Of a stretch of DNA of 64,000 nt, positions 57,501 to 64,000 are shown piece by piece; position 1 is the first letter of the stretch, and each line of letters opens with the position of its first letter. The translations under genes were made by a program, and so were the position numbers. Where the stretch lies: contig OZ037768.1 of assembly GCA_964035545.1 (NCBI GenBank), positions 13,029,675 to 13,093,674 on the forward strand, written 5' to 3'. The notes under the pieces were generated by a model. It was not told the DNA's origin, ran no database searches, and saw nothing but the letters and a program-made list of their open reading frames with translations. The DNA is from Bugula neritina. Its lineage: Eukaryota; Animalia; Bryozoa.

Positions 57501-60500
57501 TGCACCATCCACCAGCCTTTAATTCTAAAACAAACACCAGGTGTCTTGACAAGAATGGCAGCAGGCAACAGGTGAGTTCAAATGATACCTCAGCTTTTAT
57601 ACACTTTGAAATCAATAAGAATTTATAGTGCACAAATGAATTAAAAATCAACATTATAGAATAAATTTCATTTCGTAGACTAATTTATGAAATGCAAAGT
57701 TTATTGCGGATTAATAAATAAGCCTTGGCTGATACCTCCTTTCCATCTAGTCATAATATAATTACAAACTAAAAAATCTAGATTTCTACTTAGTAAACAA
57801 CTAAATAAGTGTTAGTCAACAACCCTGCATACATGGTGCGTGTTAGCATACATCTAGGAATAACTAAATTATTGTACAAAATTACGGTGTTTTTGCTTAC
57901 TTTGAGCCATTAACTTTTAAAATATGTTCTCTGATGGTCAGCGTACAGTAATACCATACAAACAGGAAGTGGTATGCGGCATCAACCATCCTACACAGAA
58001 CAGAAAACGCTGACACAAAAATATAAAGGAACAGGGACACTAAACATAATGACAGGTTAAAGTAAATTAATCACAACCCTGCACATTTTGAAAATATCTC
58101 AGCTGTTCAGCTTTTCATACCGCAATAATTGATTAGAGATTCAGGAATTTGCTCTTACAAAATTATCAAAAACAGCCAAGAAGATAACAGATAAAGTGAA
58201 ATATTGCATAACAATGTCAACAAGAGCAAACCACCATTGAATTTTACATTAATAGTAGTCAACACAGCAGGCTTGATATTTAGATACCCATTACCAAAGC
58301 TCAATTCTTTAATGGCTTACCTGAATTTAAAAGGCGTGATCAATAAAATGCAGGACAAGATAAATGTGATTATATTTAGCACCAATTTAAAATTCTCATA
58401 ATTCTGTTTATAGTTGAGTCTGTCATCTTTGCTGAGCAACGACACATTAACTTGGCCAAGAATAATACTCAGATATACGCTACAAATAGAAGGCAACATA
58501 AAGGGAGGAGTTGACACAATCAAAGGGGCACTAGTTGAGAAATTGAGATAGCCTAGGTTCTTTCTTTTTTATTAAATTTTGGCCTGGGGCGCAGTTGAAA
58601 TTCTCTCAAAGGCATAATTTATTTTGTTACATTTCTAATCTAGAACACAGGCTTTTCTCAATTTCTCCATTACTGCACCTATCTCCATCAAGTCCATACA
58701 GTATAAGAAATACTGTATGGACTAAGGAGTATAGACTCTCGTGGCCTGAACTTTGAACTTTCAAGCCAGCTCAGTGATAAAGCTGTGTGTTGCAGCAGCT
58801 AAAAATAGCATGTTGTGAAAGTTAGCAATAATGACTATTACTTTTACAATGCCATGGACTTTGGAGCTGTGAGGAGATATTGGCAACACAGGCACTGAAA
58901 TTTTTATAAAACAAAATCTTTTGAGCATAGAAGCCTCAATCAGTCTTAATATAATATCTAAGACCTAAGACATATATAAATAGTTCAATACTGCATAAAT
59001 GAAATGTCACAAAGTCTTCCAATATTATATCATCAGTAACGAAACTCAACCTTTGATGTACTTCAGTCCACATGAATTTTACAACTTAACCATAGTAAGA
59101 AAGCATATACAACACATTGACGGGGAAGAGAATTAATAGCTAAACTTCTATAGTAAATACCCATTTTTATGGGGAAGAAACTCCTCCATAGATCTGAACT
59201 GTTGCTTTCTAGCACCTATTTGCTCTTTAATATTTCTCTGATTCTTGGCGTCTGCCTCAGACAAATTTCTGCAAACACATCCACAATTGTCAGAAGGAAA
59301 AAATAACCGAATATAATATATTATTATCTTGCAACTATAGGTTTCATAGTGTGTCTAAATTCATGAAGTTAAGCCATACATAGTAAAAGGGCAAAACCAC
59401 AGCCAACCCTGACATAAATAAAAGTTGAATAAAAGCAAATAAAGTATAAAGCTACTAAACTGAGATCCATCACCTCAAGTAACAACTATGGTATATGAAT
59501 TTGAGAAAGTCACAATTTTCTGGTTTTAAGTTTTGGATGATTTTTTTCATCGAATTAGCAGCTCGTTGGTACCATTGATATTTTTAAGAAATTAGGGAAC
59601 AAAATAAGTTTTGTATTAACATGTGCAGCATATTTTACTAGCAACTAGCATTGGCTATTGAAATTTATAAGTAATTTAATAATATTACATAGTAACGAAA
59701 TATAAAGAAATATTTATTTTAAAACTTATCAATTTAATGCAAAATTAGAAACAAATAATGGTTAATAATATATTTACTTTTCTATTTATAGTAATGTTAT
59801 AATCTACTCATAAAGATGAGGTGAGTGAAATGAAAATTTCCAGATCTGGCAAGTTTCATAATGGAATATTCAAGTCTTGAAAAAGTTTTGATAATAAAAA
59901 TCACAATTTAAAACATATTTTGCAGCCATAAGAAGCAAAGCAGTCACTAGTTCATTGCAGTTAATTTGATTTCTGCAAAACTGCATGACATGTGAATTAT
60001 CCCTTCCCCCAGCTCTTTGTTGATTGAAATCAGCAAATCTAATGCAATCACATAGATGATGCTTGCGCTAAAACCTAGTTTTATTAAATTCTATCAAAAA
60101 TTTGGTTGAGTTGTTCACACGACCTGAACGAGTAGCCCCCCCCCCCCCCCCTCCGATCTTACAATTCAAGAGACGCTACTTCCCCAGAAACATTTGTTGT
60201 CTAACTACTACATTAGTCTTAAATAAATTACCATCAACTTAATCTACATTATGCCAACTGGTGCTGCAAACTAGCAATAACCAAGCTGGTTCAAGACACA
60301 ATAACTGGGCACTTGCCGACTTAAGTACCTAAAATTCTTTGACTCACTTGACTTGCTAAATGACCAGCTAATTAACTTGACTTGACCAGTTTAATTCTGG
60401 GTAAAGTGATGCTACTTAAAGACTAACACTGCGTCCCCATGCTTAGCATTATGCCAATGAATTTTTCATTCTATACATGAGGACAGTATTAATCGAATAA

Positions 60501-61260
60501 AACCCCAACTATAGGTTAATGCGATTGCAGATCTATCAATATGAGCATCTCACAGAAATCTATTTGAAGCACGGAACGTAGTGTAACTGATGCTGAGTGC
60601 TAACTGATAATGTAACATATATCCATATAACATCTAAACATTTGATTGAAGTTAAAAATGTTTTGAGTAAAGCCAACTGCTTAGATTGTCAAAATCTTTA
60701 AAACAGAACATCTCAAACCAAACTGTTCAAGTTCGATTACAAAACAAAAGCCATCCATCATAAAAATTTTGTTTGGTGCAACTATTCTTTCTACAGTACA
60801 TAGTTGGCACTAGTTCATTCAACTGCATGTTTATAAAACTTATATAAAACATTTAGGTTTAGGCCAAGAATTGATCTTCTACCTACCAAAAATAAAGCAG
60901 GTTTTAAGGCCAATGTATATCTGATACTCGGTTGTTTTTAAAAAACAAAAGATTAGGAATTCAATATAGACTCACTGGGGATGCTGCAACGAGTCATTGA
61001 TCTTTTTCAGTCTATACCGATGTTTGGAAATCATTCCAGTACATTTATCTTGCAGCTTCTTCACCTCCTTAATTTTATCCAAATACTCTTGGTGGTGTTT
61101 CTAACAATAATAACTTGGGTTATAGTTATAATAATTATATAGACTAAATTCAACTAGCAACCAAATGAGTTGAGCAAACCTGGAGCTCTTGGAACTCTCC
61201 ATCAAGCTCATTCCACTCTTCCATTACCGAATCCATTCTCAACAGCATCGGGTTTGCCAT
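54580..61260 (-). CDS. TMEM120: Transmembrane protein 120 (TMEM120/TACAN family), 10 coding exons, about 356 aa
   Basis: Exons 61260-61180, 61100-60976, 59268-59161, 58479-58321, 57990-57901, 57524-57459, 56665-56604, 56067-55910, 55519-55451, 54732-54580 chain in frame (1071 nt) with GT-AG introns. Family motifs [47 protein letters not shown]. Confidence 0.95.
58537..58682. mobile_element. Short MITE, truncated copy of the 63041 family, in a TMEM120 intron
   Basis: Aligns with 63056-63201. Confidence 0.65.
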
Positions 61261-62483
61261 GTTTTCTCTGAATATCTTTCAGGTAGACTTATTTTTCAAC
61301 CCCAGTGACTATTCCTCAAACATGGCTGAAATTATACATTTAAACATGGTTGCAAATTCTTCTACTGCATATTAGACACTATACTTATATAATAATAAAC
61401 TGCATGGGCAAGTCATACACTTTTATAAACACTTGTTAGTATAATATATGCAATGTTAGAGTCAGTTATGATTGCATAAGAGTTGTTTACATGGTCAGCC
61501 ATCTTTTATTATAATGCATAAATAACACGCCAGTTCCACTTGATCTATGTACAATTAAAATACAATAGAATTTTCTAGAATGATGCATCAAGCTGGTATG
61601 AAAGCAGAAACTTCATTAAGATACTAGAGTTTAATAAGCTTTATACCACATAGATCTATAATAAACAACCAGTATTTACCATAACAAAACATTTAATATT
61701 TAATTCTGATAGAGACAACATATATTTCCAAAAGAACTGCTACATTATTTCAACTCGGTGACAGTATAGCTAATAATATGTATATATATATATATATAAA
61801 ATGTTGCTGCATAAACGCAGGAATAGAGTAAAATACATAGAGTAGCTAAGTTTTCACTCTGTGTTACCAATGAGTCGCATTATGGAAATAAACTTTCTAA
61901 ACTTATTTCAATTATATGTCATTTATTACTTTACTAAGACTAATCAAATAAAATGATAAGTCAAAATAATGTAGTTAGTTAAACTTTATTCAATAACTAT
62001 AAAGTGAAGTGTAATCTTGACAGACATTAGCTGCAGGTGTTATCATGCCGGTCATACTTTGTATAACGATTATTACCTATGCTCAATTTAAATATAATAT
62101 AGCTAAATATTCATCTTCAACTCATTTAAAGAATTTAATAAATTTGAAACAGGAGCTGTGTCAAAAAATTGAACAAAAAGTATTTTTCAAAAGTGATCAC
62201 AATCATTTCAAACAACAACTTGATCAAAACTTTATGATCCGTAAATCAAGTTTAAACCTTGACCTTCAACTTGCAGGCTCGTGCTATTGTCACCAAGGCA
62301 TAAAATATTGATGAGCCAGTAGTCTAAATAACTATCAAAATCAAAGTAAACTCCTTTTGAAATTAGCATTACCTGAAGTTAGTGGTATTACATTGAACAC
62401 TTATTTATATTAGACTTGCCCTTGTTTAATTTTATTACCAATTTAAATTTACTTATTAGTTATACTTATAGTTAAAGTTATTA

Positions 62484-62838
62484 CAGTAAGCCTAGGGCCA
62501 CACTGTACGTATTTTCGCAAGCGAAAATTGAAATCACAAGTAGCAAAGGTGTCCACTGTGCGCGTTGAGAAAACCTTCGCACTTGTCGTTCTGCATTCTC
62601 AACGCAAGTGCGAGTCGTCTCTGTCGTCGTCACCTAATTGGCTGATGGTTATTCAGCGAGCCCAACTTCTTTATTTTAGTGCTACATTCCAGTAAATTGC
62701 GTTTTATTAAAAGCGAGTGCGATTTAAAATGAAAGCTTTATTTATCACGCATCACTGACGCTACAGTGGACACCTTTGCTACTTGTGATTTCAATTTTCG
62801 CATGCGAAAATACGCACCGTGTGGCCCTAGGCTTACTG
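62484..62838. mobile_element. MITE with ~75-80-bp terminal inverted repeats
   Basis: CAGTAAGCCTAGGGCCACAC...GGTGTCCACTGT mirrored by ACAGTGGACACC...GTGTGGCCCTAGGCTTACTG. No ORF. Confidence 0.9.
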
Positions 62839-63040
62839 GTATTGAGTTATAGTTAGTTGTTATTACTATTAATATTACTATTGGTAGTAGTACTACTTAC
62901 ACAAATACTGTGATACTAACTCTGGGTGCAGGTTGTTTCGTACTTACTTTTTTAGGTTATTTCATACACATCAATATAAATTTACTAAAATACATATCAT
63001 TTTGATATTTTTTATATTTATTTATTATTTAGGTTTTATT

Positions 63041-63201
63041 TAAGTGCAGTGGTGGAGAAATTGAGATAGCCTAAGTTCTTTAAATTTTTTTATAAATTTG
63101 GTTTGGGACGCGGGTTGAAATTATTGCAAGAAAATAACATCTTTCACTACATTTGTAATTTAGAACACAGGTTTGTCTCAATTTCTTCATTACTGCACCT
63201 A
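63041..63201. mobile_element. 160-bp MITE with imperfect ~32-bp TIRs
   Basis: TAAGTGCAGTGGTGGAGAAATTGAGA..TCTCAATTTCTTCATTACTGCACCTA. Second copy at 58537. Confidence 0.7.
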
Positions 63202-63314
63202 CCTTTTAGGTTTGGGGTTTGAGGTTAACTTATTATCCATTCTGTGTACAACAGTTTGTGTACGAAACGACTTGTGTGTGAAGCGACAGCAACCCCTAAC
63301 TCTAAGGTCTACTA

Positions 63315-63615
63315 GTAAATGTAATACTATTAGTAATAGTAACACTAATATTAATAACTCTACTAATAAGTAATAGTATTATCAGTAATGCTAATAGTAA
63401 TACTAATGCTAATAGTAACAGTAATAGTCATAGAGATTTTAATTATAATAATCGTAGTAATACTGACATTATGATTAAATTTAATGGTAATACTAATAGT
63501 AACACTCTTAACACTCAGTAACAGTAATTATATGTTATTATATTTACTTCAACGCTAACTTTGTCTAATAAATACAAGTATAATATTAATAGTAATAATA
63601 TTAATAACAATTACT
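63315..63615. repeat. Low-complexity (AGTAAT/ACTAAT)-like repeat
   Basis: Degenerate hexamer periodicity. Confidence 0.7.
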
Positions 63616-63659
63616 GATCCAAATGACCATCATAAATTACAGGAAGATTTTTCTAGATT

Positions 63660-64000
63660 TTTATGGGTGGGCAAAAGAATACAATATGAAGTTTAACTCA
63701 AGGAAAAGGGTTATCACCTTTGATTAAAACAAGAAATAGAGACAATGTCTTTACTTATAAATTAGGAGATGATCCCCTGAATAGAGTTGGAATCGTAAAA
63801 TATCTTGGAATATTGTTATCAGCAGATTTGAAATAGAATCAGCATATCGGAAATGTAATCTCAAAGGCATACAGAGTGTTAGGACTAATCAAGTTCACAC
63901 TAGGAAATGCCCCGGAAAATGTTACAATTCTCGCATATAAAACTCTGTGTAGACCTCTCCTAGAATATGCTGCTGAGTTATGGGACCCGTGCAATAAGAA
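63660..64000 (+). mobile_element. Non-LTR (LINE) reverse transcriptase C-terminal fragment
   Basis: VKYLGILLSADLK*NQHI..KAYRVLGLIK..AYKTLCRPLLEYAAELWDP, typical of the LINE RT C-terminal region, with stops. Confidence 0.85.

Overview
AT-rich animal (invertebrate-like) genomic DNA, read by eye, so coordinates may be off by a few bases. The right end holds a complete 10-coding-exon TMEM120 (TACAN-family) gene on the minus strand (61260->54580, about 356 aa), two MITE families and a LINE RT fragment. Everything left of about 55312 is a tandem segmental triplication (units <1-15739, 15740-35494, 35495-55312). Each unit carries the last TMEM120 exon, an 11-exon minus-strand 'mini-ankyrin' gene (about 6 ANK repeats plus one ZU5, about 492 aa) and an LTR retrotransposon cluster. 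The cluster has a decayed autonomous-type Ty3/Gypsy element (A: Gag-PR-RT-RH-IN) and a 5.2-kb non-autonomous element (B, TSD CTAT). B shares A's tRNA-Leu primer site, has lost RT, RNase H and the integrase core, and carries an extra zinc-finger/coiled-coil ORF in the env position. That ORF has no early ATG, but a donor in gag and an acceptor in front of it would join the gag ATG to it in frame. This is the most novel-looking system here. Other highlights: a type I hammerhead ribozyme inserted in a (TA)n tract, clustered ZU5 divergence among the ankyrin copies, a conserved GC-AG intron, an inverted ankyrin paralog remnant, solo LTRs, a Penelope-like RT fragment, and unit-specific deletions.
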